The translations under genes and the position numbers were made by a program. Source: a virus. From it: a DNA stretch of 64,000 nt. The first letter of the stretch is position 1, and every line of letters begins with the position of its first letter. This document shows, in pieces, positions 21,000 through 31,462 of this stretch. The notes under the pieces are model-generated. The model was not told the DNA's origin, searched no databases, and saw only the letters and a program-made list of their open reading frames with translations. The stretch is from the IMG/VR virus record IMGVR_UViG_3300046786_000157, positions 32,001 through 96,000 of that record, one strand, 5' to 3'.

Positions 21000-21750
21000 A
21001 GGATTTGTCATAATGGCACAGGGTGATGATTATGTTGCCTGTGCTACTGAACTAGAAGCAAGCATTAAGAAAGTTATGCCTGATGCCAATGTAACAATAG
21101 TGACAACTGATATGTTACCACACGGTGATCAGGCCCCAAACACTAATTGGAAGCTACAAAACGATTGGCAAGTTTATGAAGCTAGCCCTTACGAATATAC
21201 GATCAAGTTAGAAGCTGACATGATTATCCCACGTTCGATTGAACATTGGTGGGACATATTAAAGTCACGTGATGTTGTTGTATCAACTACTATCAGAAAC
21301 TATAAAGGTTTGATATCTGAAGTCAGGGGATACCGCAGATTTATCACTGACAATTATTTACCTGACACATACAATGCGATTACTTATTTTAAGAAATCAG
21401 ACACTGCTAAACAATTCTTTGAAATTGTACGTGATGTATTTGAGAATTGGGATGAATATAAAGCTATGTTGAAATGTAATCCTGATGAAATTGCAACTAC
21501 AGATTGGGCGTATGCAATTGCATCGCATATTGTAGGTGTTGAGAAAACACTACTACCAAGCTTTACCGAAATGGGAATGATTCACATGAAGCAATTCATT
21601 AATGAACTGCCCACTGAGAATTGGACAGACACATTGCTATACGAGATTACCCCTGATGCACTTAGAGTAAACACATATACACAATCATACCCATTTCACT
21701 ATCATGTAAAGTCATTTGCTAAACAGTTAAGGAACTATAATGGAAGATAA
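20992..21750 (+). CDS. Putative GT-A fold glycosyltransferase, paralog of 20193
   Basis: YEASPYEYTIKLEADM (ExD), YNAITYF, TDWAYAIA, PFHYHVK; aligns by eye with the preceding ORF. Confidence 0.55.
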   Translation: MNKGFVIMAQGDDYVACATELEASIKKVMPDANVTIVTTDMLPHGDQAPNTNWKLQNDWQVYEASPYEYTIKLEADMIIPRSIEHWWDILKSRDVVVSTTIRNYKGLISEVRGYRRFITDNYLPDTYNAITYFKKSDTAKQFFEIVRDVFENWDEYKAMLKCNPDEIATTDWAYAIASHIVGVEKTLLPSFTEMGMIHMKQFINELPTENWTDTLLYEITPDALRVNTYTQSYPFHYHVKSFAKQLRNYNGR

Positions 21751-22084
21751 TGAATTAATCGTTCTTTGGGAAGCTCCAAAGATTGTTCCGCCCGAATTTA
21801 GGCTATATTATGATGACACAGGTCGTGTAGTGTGTTATACTTGTGAGAAGCTTGATGGAAACTACATAGTTATAGATGCAATGACATTTGCACAGGGTAG
21901 ACCTGATGTTAGAGTAGTTGATGGGAAGTTATCAACTGTATCCTCTAATCTAGTAGTTTCAAAACTAATTCCCGATACTGATGGAATTAGTTGTTCTGTT
22001 GACGATATAAGTATTGTCATAACTGAACCTGATTATCAAGGCACTGTACAGAAATGGAAACTACACACGTATGAACTCAGATGA
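21740..22084 (+). CDS. Hypothetical protein (114 aa)
   Basis: Coupled ORF with normal codon use; no motif recognised. Confidence 0.7.
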   Translation: MEDNELIVLWEAPKIVPPEFRLYYDDTGRVVCYTCEKLDGNYIVIDAMTFAQGRPDVRVVDGKLSTVSSNLVVSKLIPDTDGISCSVDDISIVITEPDYQGTVQKWKLHTYELR

Positions 22085-23024
22085 TATTATTGACGTAGCT
22101 GATTTAGATTGTATCTATCTCAGCTATGATGAACCGCAGAAAGAAGAATTTTGGCTTAAGATTAAGAACATGGTGCCTTGGGCAAAACGTGTTGATGGAG
22201 TCAAGGGCAGTGATGCGGCTCACAAAGCCGCAGGTGAAGCAAGTGATACAGAACGTTTCATTCTAATTGACGGCGACAACATGCCTGACGAAGATTTCTT
22301 CAACATTCAATTAGACTTCACTGACAAAGAGCCTTCTTTTAAGAAAGCACAGTTTAGATGGAAAGCTGTTAACAGTATTAACGGCTTGCGTTACGGCAAC
22401 GGTGGCATGAGTAGTTGGACTAAAACCTACGTTGCTAACATGAAAACACACGAACATCAAACAGAAGGTGATGTGTCACGTATTGCTGATTTCTGTATGG
22501 GTGGCAATGATAATTTATATTGGGCTATGTACAATTGTTATAGTACAACATATCCTAACTATACGCCATTTCAAGCATGGCGTGCAGGGTTCCGTGAAGG
22601 AGTCAAGATGAGTTTAGACAGGGGTGCTAGACCATCTGTAGAGCAGTTTAAAGAAACTGTAGCAACACGCAACTTAAACAACTTAACTATCTGGCACAAT
22701 GTGGGTATGGACGCAGAGAATGGACAGTGGGCAATCATGGGTGCTCGTATGGGTACACACATGACTATGCTTACAGACTGGGACCATGCTAATGTTCAAT
22801 GGTTTGATAACTATATTGAAATGTGGGAAACAGTTAAGAACGAAGACCCATTAGAACTATCAGAATCATATGGCATTGAACTAAGTACAAAACTAGGATT
22901 GCCTATGTGTGCGTTAGATAGTGAACAATCAAAGTTCTTTAAACGCCACTACAATAGTGATAAACATAACTTAGATCCACTAGTCACTGAAATGGATGTT
23001 ATTCGTAGAATTGAAGGCTGGTAA
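22071..23024 (+). CDS. Putative GT-A-like glycosyltransferase
   Basis: DCIYLSYDEP...RVDGVKGSDAAHKAA...FILIDGDN (DxD)...N.INGLRYGNGG; homologous to the C-terminal domain of the 40742 protein. Confidence 0.55.
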   Translation: MNSDDIIDVADLDCIYLSYDEPQKEEFWLKIKNMVPWAKRVDGVKGSDAAHKAAGEASDTERFILIDGDNMPDEDFFNIQLDFTDKEPSFKKAQFRWKAVNSINGLRYGNGGMSSWTKTYVANMKTHEHQTEGDVSRIADFCMGGNDNLYWAMYNCYSTTYPNYTPFQAWRAGFREGVKMSLDRGARPSVEQFKETVATRNLNNLTIWHNVGMDAENGQWAIMGARMGTHMTMLTDWDHANVQWFDNYIEMWETVKNEDPLELSESYGIELSTKLGLPMCALDSEQSKFFKRHYNSDKHNLDPLVTEMDVIRRIEGW

Positions 23025-24421
23025 TGTCAGAACAAGACAGAATTAAAACAATCAAAATTAAGATAGAGAACGAAGCAACACCTTCATTCTGTCTTGCCAA
23101 ATGGCATCACGTAACTATGTACTTACAATCAGGTGAGACACATAGTTGTTATCATCCCAAGCCACATAAGATTCCGTTAAGTGAATTGGCTGATAACCCA
23201 TCAGCATTGCATAATACTTACGAAAAGAAACTTGAACGTAAGATGATGTTAGACGGTGGCAAGCCAGAGGGCTGTCAGTACTGCTGGAACATTGAAGCAA
23301 TGGGTCCGGACTATATAAGTGATAGGCATATCCGCAACAGTAGCATTTTTACAGAGGAGAGATATGAGCAAACCCTTAAAGGTCCTTGGGATCAAAATAT
23401 CAACCCTGAATATCTGGAAATCAACTTCGGGAACGAATGTAATTTTAAATGTGGATATTGCCACCCCAAATATTCCACTAGATTCTACAATGAGATTAAA
23501 GATCACGGTCCTGTCACTACAGTAACGAATCATCGTTGCGACATTGATTGGATGAAGCTATATCAACGTGAAGAAGAAAATCCTTATGTTGACGCATTTT
23601 GGAAATGGTGGCCTGAACTACGCAAGACATTAAACATCATGCGAGTTACTGGTGGTGAGCCTACAATGCACACTAGTACATGGAAATTGTTGAAAGAGAT
23701 TGAACAAGATCCTATGCCATGGTTAGAACTAAACATCAACAGTAACTTAGGTACAAAGACAGCACTAGTTGAAAAGTTAGCAACATCAGTAAAGACATTA
23801 TGCGATGATGGTAAGATTCGCAGTTTCAAATTGTTTACTAGCTTAGATACATGGGGACCACGTGCTGAATATATCCGTACCGGATTAGACTTAGAATTGT
23901 GGGAAAAGAACTTTCACACATATCTACAGAATACAGACAGCCCGATCACTTTCATGATTACTTTCAATATCTTTAGTGTAACAACATTCAAAGAATTCTT
24001 GGGTAAATTCTTAGAATGGCGTAAACAATATGGATGGTATGAAGACAAAGACTCTGACAAACATCGTATTCGTTTTGATACTCCGTACTTGCGTGATCCT
24101 ATTCAATATGATATGAACATTCTACCTAAAGAAGAATTCATGCCCTATATGCATGATGCATTGAAGTTCATGGAAGAACATGTAGACGACAATAAAGCAG
24201 AAGCATTTACTACAATTGAATATGAAAAGTTCAAGCGTGTAGTAGATTACATGGCTGAAACTATGTATCCTGACAGTAAATTGATAGAAGGTCGTAGAGA
24301 TTTCTACAATTGGTTCAATGAATTAGATGAACGCAGAGATGCAGACATGTTATCAGTGTTCCCCGAGTACATGAATTTTTACCGTCTTTGTCAAGAAGTT
24401 AATCAATTAAATCCAAAATGA
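23024..24421 (+). CDS. Radical SAM protein with N-terminal twitch (half-SPASM) domain
   Basis: N-terminal FCLAKW...HSCYH...GCQYCW cysteines; CxxxCxxC = CNFKCGYC; TGGEP; NINSN. Confidence 0.85.
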   Translation: MSEQDRIKTIKIKIENEATPSFCLAKWHHVTMYLQSGETHSCYHPKPHKIPLSELADNPSALHNTYEKKLERKMMLDGGKPEGCQYCWNIEAMGPDYISDRHIRNSSIFTEERYEQTLKGPWDQNINPEYLEINFGNECNFKCGYCHPKYSTRFYNEIKDHGPVTTVTNHRCDIDWMKLYQREEENPYVDAFWKWWPELRKTLNIMRVTGGEPTMHTSTWKLLKEIEQDPMPWLELNINSNLGTKTALVEKLATSVKTLCDDGKIRSFKLFTSLDTWGPRAEYIRTGLDLELWEKNFHTYLQNTDSPITFMITFNIFSVTTFKEFLGKFLEWRKQYGWYEDKDSDKHRIRFDTPYLRDPIQYDMNILPKEEFMPYMHDALKFMEEHVDDNKAEAFTTIEYEKFKRVVDYMAETMYPDSKLIEGRRDFYNWFNELDERRDADMLSVFPEYMNFYRLCQEVNQLNPK

Positions 24422-25713
24422 CAAAGAAAATAAAAAAGCTTTCTAAGAAGGCAATACCTAGTAAAGATATATTGACTAACGGTAAGTCATTCTGTATCAT
24501 CCCGTGGGTTCACTTGCACACTACTCCTAGCGGGGTAGCCGCCCCCTGCTGTATTGCTGAATCGTGTGCTACTGAAGAGGGTGTAGGTAACTCTAGAACA
24601 CAGTCATTGATGGAAATTGTGAACTCTGATAAGATGAAGGAACTACGTTTGGATATGTTATCAGACGTAAGAAATCCTGAATGTATAAAATGTCATAATC
24701 ACGAAGATCAAAATGTAGTGAGTTTTCGTAAACATGCAAATAAAGATTATGAAGACTACTTTGATGATGTAATGTCACAAACAATGAGTGACGGATCATT
24801 GAAAGAATTCAAGATGCGTTACTTTGACATACGTTTCAGTAACATTTGCAACTTCAAATGCAGAACATGTGGATCAGGATTCAGCACACAATGGGAACAA
24901 GAAGATTTAAAGAACAATGTATGGTTTGCCAGAACAATTCCAAAGAATGATAACAAAGACTTTTTGGGTGAAGTTGTAGGGCAAATCGAACACATAGATA
25001 CTGCATATTTTGCGGGCGGAGAGCCCTTGATTACAGAAGAACATTATGTTATACTTGAAGAAATGATCCGTGAGGGCAGAACGGATATCCAATTAAGGTA
25101 TAATACTAATTTGAGTAATTTAAAGTTTAAAGACAAAGATTTACTAAGTCTTTGGAGCAAGTTTAAGAAACACATTATGATTTACGCTAGTGTGGATCAT
25201 TACGGAGATCGTGCTGAATACATTAGAAGTGGTACTGATTGGGGAGTAGTAGAGAACAATTTCTTAACAGCTAAGAAAACACCCTATATACACTTGCAAA
25301 TGAATACTGTGTTAAGCGTATTCAATTGCTTAACTATACACGAATTCTATCAATATTTGATAGACAAAGAACTATATAAGCCCAATGATAATATCTATAG
25401 CTTATATAACATGTCTACCCCTGAACATCTATCATGTCATATCTTGCCCTCAACGTTGAAAGAGCGCGGTAAGTTAAGCATTCAGAATGCTATGAAAGTA
25501 ATGAGTGACCATAAATTTACTCAGGGTAAAATAAATGAACTAGAAAAGTCAATTGGTTGGATTTACGCAAGAGATACATGGGAAGAACAAAAGACAAAGT
25601 TCCAACAAGAATTGATGAGATTAGATAAAATTCGAGGTGAAAGCTTTGAAAGAACATTCCCTGAATTGAGAGAGCTATTACCATTTAACAGAAAAAGATT
25701 ATTTCCTATATGA
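24418..25713 (+). CDS. Radical SAM protein with N-terminal twitch domain
   Basis: FCIIPW...PCC...CIKC; CNFKCRTC; FAGGEP; YNTN. Confidence 0.85.
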   Translation: MTKKIKKLSKKAIPSKDILTNGKSFCIIPWVHLHTTPSGVAAPCCIAESCATEEGVGNSRTQSLMEIVNSDKMKELRLDMLSDVRNPECIKCHNHEDQNVVSFRKHANKDYEDYFDDVMSQTMSDGSLKEFKMRYFDIRFSNICNFKCRTCGSGFSTQWEQEDLKNNVWFARTIPKNDNKDFLGEVVGQIEHIDTAYFAGGEPLITEEHYVILEEMIREGRTDIQLRYNTNLSNLKFKDKDLLSLWSKFKKHIMIYASVDHYGDRAEYIRSGTDWGVVENNFLTAKKTPYIHLQMNTVLSVFNCLTIHEFYQYLIDKELYKPNDNIYSLYNMSTPEHLSCHILPSTLKERGKLSIQNAMKVMSDHKFTQGKINELEKSIGWIYARDTWEEQKTKFQQELMRLDKIRGESFERTFPELRELLPFNRKRLFPI

Positions 25714-26948
25714 CAATTAACTTAAACAAAGAATATTTGCTGAATGAAAGCAAAGTGTTTTGTATGTTCCCGTGGATGCACTTGAACGTAACACCAAAGG
25801 GAGATATCTACCCATGCTGTTCAAATGATTACACAAAGCCCTACGGAAACACTAAGGAAATGTCATTGAAAGAAGCCTTCAATACTGATAAGATGAAGGA
25901 ATTACGTTTGGATATGTTAAATGACAGACCAAATTCAATGTGTGATTTCTGCTACAAACACGAAGATTCAGGCCCTCATTCATTCCGTAACTATAGCAAA
26001 GAACAATTCAGTAAGCACTTTGATGAAATTGTGCCCACTACATTAGAAGACGGTACAGTCCCTGAATTTAAAATGCACTATTTTGATATTCGCTTTAGTA
26101 ATATCTGTAACTTCAAATGCAGAACATGTGGCTCTGAATTCAGTAGTCAATGGGGAGCAGAAATGCGAGCCAATCATGATCCAAAACACCCTATTGTAAT
26201 TCATGCTGATTCAAAGGGTAACTTGTTGAATGAAGTATTAGAACATGTAGAACATATCGACCTAGCGTACTTTGCAGGTGGCGAACCAACACTAACCGAA
26301 GAGCATTACATTATGCTTGAGGAAATGATTCGCAAAGGCCGTACTGACATTACATTACGCTACAATACTAACGCTAGTAATATCAAGTTCAAAGACTATG
26401 ATTTGTTAGACATGTGGAAACACTTTAAGAAGATTGAATTAAGTTGCTCAGTAGATCATTACGGTGAACGTGCTGAATGGTTGCGTAGTGGTACTGATTG
26501 GGGCGTTGTTGAAAGTAACTTACTAAAGTTTAGAGACTTAGAATATGTTAGTTTCCAGATGAATACTGTATTCAGTATCTTTAATTATAGCACAATTGGT
26601 GAATTCTATCAGTACCTGAAAGATAAGGGAATTGTACGTAGAGAAGACTGGTATCACAGTCTATATCTTGCAGTACATCCTAGCTATTACTGTGCAAAAT
26701 CATTACCTAAATCATTGAAGATTGAAGCCGCAAGTAAAGCAATGGCATGGGCAAACAATAACACACAAGATGGAACAAGCTTATCACGACTAATCACAGA
26801 CGCTGTTAACTTTGCATCTAGTAGTGATACCTGGCAAGAAAACAAAGACATTTTCATGCAACACACAGGTTCAATTGATAGAATTAGAAATGAAAGTTTA
26901 TGGAAAACTTTCCCCGAATTAAATAGCTTGAGAGACTTAACAGAATAA
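25710..26948 (+). CDS. Radical SAM protein with N-terminal twitch domain (close paralog of 24418)
   Basis: FCMFPW...PCC...CDFC; CNFKCRTC; FAGGEP; long stretches identical to 24418 (YFDIRFSNICNFKCRTCGS, RSGTDWGVVE). Confidence 0.85.
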   Translation: MTINLNKEYLLNESKVFCMFPWMHLNVTPKGDIYPCCSNDYTKPYGNTKEMSLKEAFNTDKMKELRLDMLNDRPNSMCDFCYKHEDSGPHSFRNYSKEQFSKHFDEIVPTTLEDGTVPEFKMHYFDIRFSNICNFKCRTCGSEFSSQWGAEMRANHDPKHPIVIHADSKGNLLNEVLEHVEHIDLAYFAGGEPTLTEEHYIMLEEMIRKGRTDITLRYNTNASNIKFKDYDLLDMWKHFKKIELSCSVDHYGERAEWLRSGTDWGVVESNLLKFRDLEYVSFQMNTVFSIFNYSTIGEFYQYLKDKGIVRREDWYHSLYLAVHPSYYCAKSLPKSLKIEAASKAMAWANNNTQDGTSLSRLITDAVNFASSSDTWQENKDIFMQHTGSIDRIRNESLWKTFPELNSLRDLTE

Positions 26949-26949
26949 T

Positions 26950-28221
26950 ATGCAAGATCCAATCGTAGTAGAAAATTTAGTTAAACACGGAAAGCACTTC
27001 TGTGTATTGCCCTGGGTACACTTCCATTCATGGCCTGACGGTCGTGTAATGCCCTGTTGTATTGCTGACAGTAACAAACCAGTTGCTAATATCAACAATA
27101 ACGAATCCGTTATTCAAATGATGAATAGCGAAGATTACAAAAAGATGCGTACTAGTATGCTTAACGATGAACCCGTCGAAGCATGTAAGCGTTGCTATGA
27201 CTTAGAATTGATGGGCACATGGACAATGCGCCAAAGTCACAACAAGCGTAGAGGATTAGACTACGTTAAAGACATTAGCGAAACTACAAAAGATGACGGT
27301 GAAATCACTGAATTCAAAATGAAGTATATGGATTTGCGCTTCAGTAGCATTTGTAACATGAAATGTCGTAGTTGTGGTCCAGGTTGTTCTAGTCTATGGG
27401 CGCAAGAGTTTGTAGACAGAATGGGTACAGACGAATATGAGAAGTATTTTGGTACTAGAAAGATTGTGATTAATGCGTCAGAAGAAATGAGCTTTATGAA
27501 CAAACTAAAGCCATACTTGAAAGACGTATTAGAAGTATACTTTGCAGGTGGTGAGATTATTATCACACCTGAACACTATGAATGTCTTGACTATTGGATT
27601 GAGAACGGGTTGAATGAGCAAATTGAATTAACTTATACAACAAACTTTAGTTCATTGAAATTCAAAGACAAAGACTTGATCGGTTATTGGAAGAAGTTCC
27701 CCAAGCTTAAGATTTGGGCTAGCTTAGATGCTGATGGTGACGTAGCAGAATTAATTCGCAAAGGTACTGATTGGGATCGAATTGTAAAGAACATTAGAGC
27801 AGTTAAAGAACAAGTTCCTCATGCTGAGTTTCAGATTACTCCTACAATTAGTATATGGAATGTGTTTGACTTCCCTGACTTCTTTGACTATATGTTAGAT
27901 GAAGGGTTTATTGATACTAAGAGTAGCCCACGATTCAATTTAGCAACTAATCCGTGGTATGCAAATATCATGATTCTACCTAAACACGTTAAGCGTAGAC
28001 TAACTGAATTGTATCGTATCTATCAGGATCGTTACAAAGACAACCCTGACATTCACAATGGATTCAAAATGATTATCTACAATTTGAATGTGGGTGAAGA
28101 AAACAAAGGTGGCATCTTAGAATTCAAGAAATTCAATGATGAATTAGATCAGTTTAGAAAAGAAAAGATAACAGATGTTATCCCAGAACTTAAAGAGGTG
28201 TACGAGTGGGCAGAAAGTTAA
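26950..28221 (+). CDS. Radical SAM protein with N-terminal twitch domain
   Basis: FCVLPW...PCC...CKRC; CNMKCRSC; FAGGE; YTTN. Confidence 0.85.
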   Translation: MQDPIVVENLVKHGKHFCVLPWVHFHSWPDGRVMPCCIADSNKPVANINNNESVIQMMNSEDYKKMRTSMLNDEPVEACKRCYDLELMGTWTMRQSHNKRRGLDYVKDISETTKDDGEITEFKMKYMDLRFSSICNMKCRSCGPGCSSLWAQEFVDRMGTDEYEKYFGTRKIVINASEEMSFMNKLKPYLKDVLEVYFAGGEIIITPEHYECLDYWIENGLNEQIELTYTTNFSSLKFKDKDLIGYWKKFPKLKIWASLDADGDVAELIRKGTDWDRIVKNIRAVKEQVPHAEFQITPTISIWNVFDFPDFFDYMLDEGFIDTKSSPRFNLATNPWYANIMILPKHVKRRLTELYRIYQDRYKDNPDIHNGFKMIIYNLNVGEENKGGILEFKKFNDELDQFRKEKITDVIPELKEVYEWAES

Positions 28222-29174
28222 TCGCAATTGAAGCCCCAGAACCGTACATTGCAGTAACATGGCAAGTTAACAACTATTGTAACTTCAAATGCAGTTATTG
28301 CAACCCGGGCAATTGGGGAGGAGAGAATCCTAATGATGGTAACTTAGACAAGTACATTGAGAACTTGGGAGTTATCATCAATCGCTATAAAGAAGTAGGG
28401 TATAAGAACTTTAAATTCTTCTTTAGTGGTGGAGAACCTACAGCTTGGCGTAACTTTATTCCTATCTGTGAATGGTTAAAACAAGAGATCCCTGATTGTA
28501 CTCTCGCAGTCAATACTAATCTAAGTCGTCCGTTAGCTTGGTGGCAGAAACATTATCATTTGTTTGATGACATTGTTGCAAGCTTTCACGTTGAATTCAG
28601 TAACAAAGAAAAGTATAAAGAAAACAATATCTTCTTATGTGACAAAGTGAACTATCTTTGCACAAAGATGCTGATGCATGAAGAAAGATTCTGGGAGATC
28701 GTTGAGTACGGTGAGCATTTGAAAACAGTAATGCCTAATTACGTATTAGAATGGACTCCGTTGTACGATGAATTGAGCGTGAATGCAGGTCCATGGCAGT
28801 ATAAAGACCCTGAGAAAGAAAAGTTCCTCAATGAACACAACACTGAGATGAACTTTACAGTTGACAAACCCTACAATCCTAGCAAATGCGTAAGCTATAA
28901 CAGATACGAAGATGATTATGTTTGCCCAACAAACAGTAATGAAATCATTGTAGACCGACAAAACTTCTTTAGTGGGTGGCAATGTAATGTGGGGGATAGT
29001 ATTTTTATCAACCCTACAGGTCTTGTGAGCTTTGCAAGTTGCGGAATGGGTGGCATTGTAGGGCATATTTTAGAAGATGTAAGCAATATTGGTCCCAAGA
29101 AGATTACATGTAGAAAAGAACATTGTATTTGTGGAACTGATATTATCATCCCCAAAGTTATGAGCAATAAATAA
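28206..29174 (+). CDS. Radical SAM protein with C-terminal twitch-like Cys cluster
   Basis: CNFKCSYC; FSGGEPT; C-terminal WQCNVG...ASC...CRKEHCICGTD; GTG start. Confidence 0.85.
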   Translation: MGRKLIAIEAPEPYIAVTWQVNNYCNFKCSYCNPGNWGGENPNDGNLDKYIENLGVIINRYKEVGYKNFKFFFSGGEPTAWRNFIPICEWLKQEIPDCTLAVNTNLSRPLAWWQKHYHLFDDIVASFHVEFSNKEKYKENNIFLCDKVNYLCTKMLMHEERFWEIVEYGEHLKTVMPNYVLEWTPLYDELSVNAGPWQYKDPEKEKFLNEHNTEMNFTVDKPYNPSKCVSYNRYEDDYVCPTNSNEIIVDRQNFFSGWQCNVGDSIFINPTGLVSFASCGMGGIVGHILEDVSNIGPKKITCRKEHCICGTDIIIPKVMSNK

Positions 29175-29177
29175 ATA
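29168..29177 (+). promoter_or_regulatory. Late promoter TAAATA (tandem), probably leaderless
   Basis: TAAATAAATA directly before ATG 29178; no SD. Confidence 0.55.
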
Positions 29178-30488
29178 ATGTCTGAAAAAATTAAAGTCGT
29201 TTACAGTTGGATAGGACCACGTGGTCCTATGATGAATACAGAGTTGCCAAACATACTGAGTATGGCTGCAGTTGCTACAGGTGCAAATACATCTAGTCAC
29301 AACTTTTGGGCTGATAACATTTGGCATGTAATATTCAATAACCCTGATGAAAACTATACATTATCGTCATCTATGATGATAGATGATAGAGATACATATA
29401 TCTTCCCGTTCACATTAACATGGCGTATTCCATTTGAATCATATTTCTTACCTAAATCGGGTATTATGGAATTCTCGCACTGCCCACAGCATATCATTCA
29501 TCATGTTAGAAATAGCAAAGGATATTTCTTACTAGACATGAGCGCAGAAGCTTATGTTAAGGATCAGCAATTAGATTTGATGCATTCTTACTTTAGATAT
29601 CACAACGGTATCCCAATGAACAAAATCATATATCTGACAGGGTGTATGAATGCACAAGAATTGTATGATGATTATTGCAACAGACGAGGAATTGATATAC
29701 ATGATAGAATGATTCTATTATCATTCCCTATATCACAAGATGCATTAGCATTGCATTTAGGATCTAATCCACCTGTACCTGAATATGATGTTAACAAGAT
29801 TCCTGAGAAGTTGTTCCTAACATGGAACAGACGTTATCGCCCGCATCGCACAATGTTGGCTTTAGGATTAGAAAAATTAAATCTTATTGATAGATGTTAT
29901 GTTAGCATGTGTAAACATGATCCCGAAAATCGTGCTATCACTTTCGATAGTACAGTACATCCAAACATAATGACATATCTCAATCTGTCAAATGAAGACA
30001 TTGATAGATTTGTAGCTAAGTTGCCGTTAATATTGGACGGCGAAACTAACGTCAATCAGATGTGTCAGGACTTTGATAATGCCGCACGTAATTACTATCA
30101 GAATAGCTTAGTAAGTATTGTAACTGAAACGAACTTTGACTTACCTGAACTAACGTTGACAGAAAAGTCATTTAAGCCTAGCAAAGAAAAACATCCGTTT
30201 ATGATTATGGGTGTTCCTGGATGCTTGAAAGCATTGCGTGATTTTGGATTCAAAACATTTGGGGAGTTCTGGGACGAATCGTATGATGAGATCGGCGATC
30301 CTTATATTAGAATGAATGCCATACTAAAGATTTGTGATGATATTAGTAGATGGGACGAGCATAAGATACGTGACTTCAGAACTAAAGTAAAGCCGATATT
30401 GGATCATAACTATGAAGCATTAAAAGTAAAGTCTAGTAGAATTGTTTCTAAAAGAATTAAACAAATAATTAACGAAAGATATCCATGA
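29178..30488 (+). CDS. Putative glycosyltransferase (GT10/GT-B-like C-terminal TEK motif)
   Basis: C-terminal SIVTETNF...LTEKSFKP...PFMIMG...GFKTF..FWDESYD, reminiscent of the fucosyltransferase donor-binding motif. Family assignment tentative. Confidence 0.45.
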   Translation: MSEKIKVVYSWIGPRGPMMNTELPNILSMAAVATGANTSSHNFWADNIWHVIFNNPDENYTLSSSMMIDDRDTYIFPFTLTWRIPFESYFLPKSGIMEFSHCPQHIIHHVRNSKGYFLLDMSAEAYVKDQQLDLMHSYFRYHNGIPMNKIIYLTGCMNAQELYDDYCNRRGIDIHDRMILLSFPISQDALALHLGSNPPVPEYDVNKIPEKLFLTWNRRYRPHRTMLALGLEKLNLIDRCYVSMCKHDPENRAITFDSTVHPNIMTYLNLSNEDIDRFVAKLPLILDGETNVNQMCQDFDNAARNYYQNSLVSIVTETNFDLPELTLTEKSFKPSKEKHPFMIMGVPGCLKALRDFGFKTFGEFWDESYDEIGDPYIRMNAILKICDDISRWDEHKIRDFRTKVKPILDHNYEALKVKSSRIVSKRIKQIINERYP

Positions 30489-31462
30489 AAAAGATTGTAG
30501 TGTGTGGTGCAGGTGGATTCATTGGTACACATTTAGTAGAGAAATTAAAAGAGCAGGGACACTATGTAATTGGTGTCGACCTACATTACCCACTATATGA
30601 TGAAACTAAAGCTGATGAGTTTATTATCGCTGATTTAAGAGTATATAGTAATGTTGACCACGTTATCCGTAGTGACGTTGATGAGATTTATCAATTAGCC
30701 GCTGACATGGGTGGCGCCGGGTATATCTTTACAGGTGAGCATGACGCTGATATCATGCACAATAGCTGCCAGATCAACTTAAACGTATTAGACGTTATGA
30801 AGAAGAAGGCTATTAAGAAGGTCTTTTACAGTTCTAGTGCATGTATGTATCCAAGTCACAATCAGGAAGATCCTGATAATCCTCTACTGAGTGAAGACAG
30901 CGCATATCCTGCTAATCCAGACAGTGAGTATGGTTGGGAGAAACTATTCAGCGAACGTCTATATCTTACATACGCACGTAACTATAATATTGATGTTCGT
31001 ATCGCCCGCTTTCACAACATCTTTGGCCCACGTGGGTCATGGAACAATGGTAAAGAGAAAGCCCCTGCCGCATTGTGTCGCAAAGTAGCAATGTGTGAAG
31101 AAGGTGGCATCATTGATGTTTGGGGCCCGGGTATACAAACACGATCCTTCTTATTCATTGATGAATGTATTGAGGGTATCCAACGTATCATGGAAAGTAA
31201 TTGTACAGTCCCAGTTAACTTAGGTAGCACACGTATGATATCAATCAACAATCTAGTATACCTAATTGCAAAGTTAACTAACAAGAATTTATCAATTAGA
31301 AACATTGACGGACCGCGCGGCGTTATGGGTCGTAACAGTGACAACAGATTAATAAAAGAAATGATTAATTGGGTTCCTGATGAAGACTTAGAAGCAGGAC
31401 TAGTAAAAACATATGCCTGGATTAATGAACAGATTACGTTGAATAAACAGGACGTAGAATGA
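30485..31462 (+). CDS. NAD-dependent epimerase, GDP-mannose 3,5-epimerase (GME)-like
   Basis: GAGGFIG, LAADMGGAGYIF, FYSSSACMYP (catalytic Cys), YGWEK, GKEKAPAALCRK (catalytic Lys), TRSFLFIDEC, GRNSDN. Confidence 0.85.
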   Translation: MKKIVVCGAGGFIGTHLVEKLKEQGHYVIGVDLHYPLYDETKADEFIIADLRVYSNVDHVIRSDVDEIYQLAADMGGAGYIFTGEHDADIMHNSCQINLNVLDVMKKKAIKKVFYSSSACMYPSHNQEDPDNPLLSEDSAYPANPDSEYGWEKLFSERLYLTYARNYNIDVRIARFHNIFGPRGSWNNGKEKAPAALCRKVAMCEEGGIIDVWGPGIQTRSFLFIDECIEGIQRIMESNCTVPVNLGSTRMISINNLVYLIAKLTNKNLSIRNIDGPRGVMGRNSDNRLIKEMINWVPDEDLEAGLVKTYAWINEQITLNKQDVE

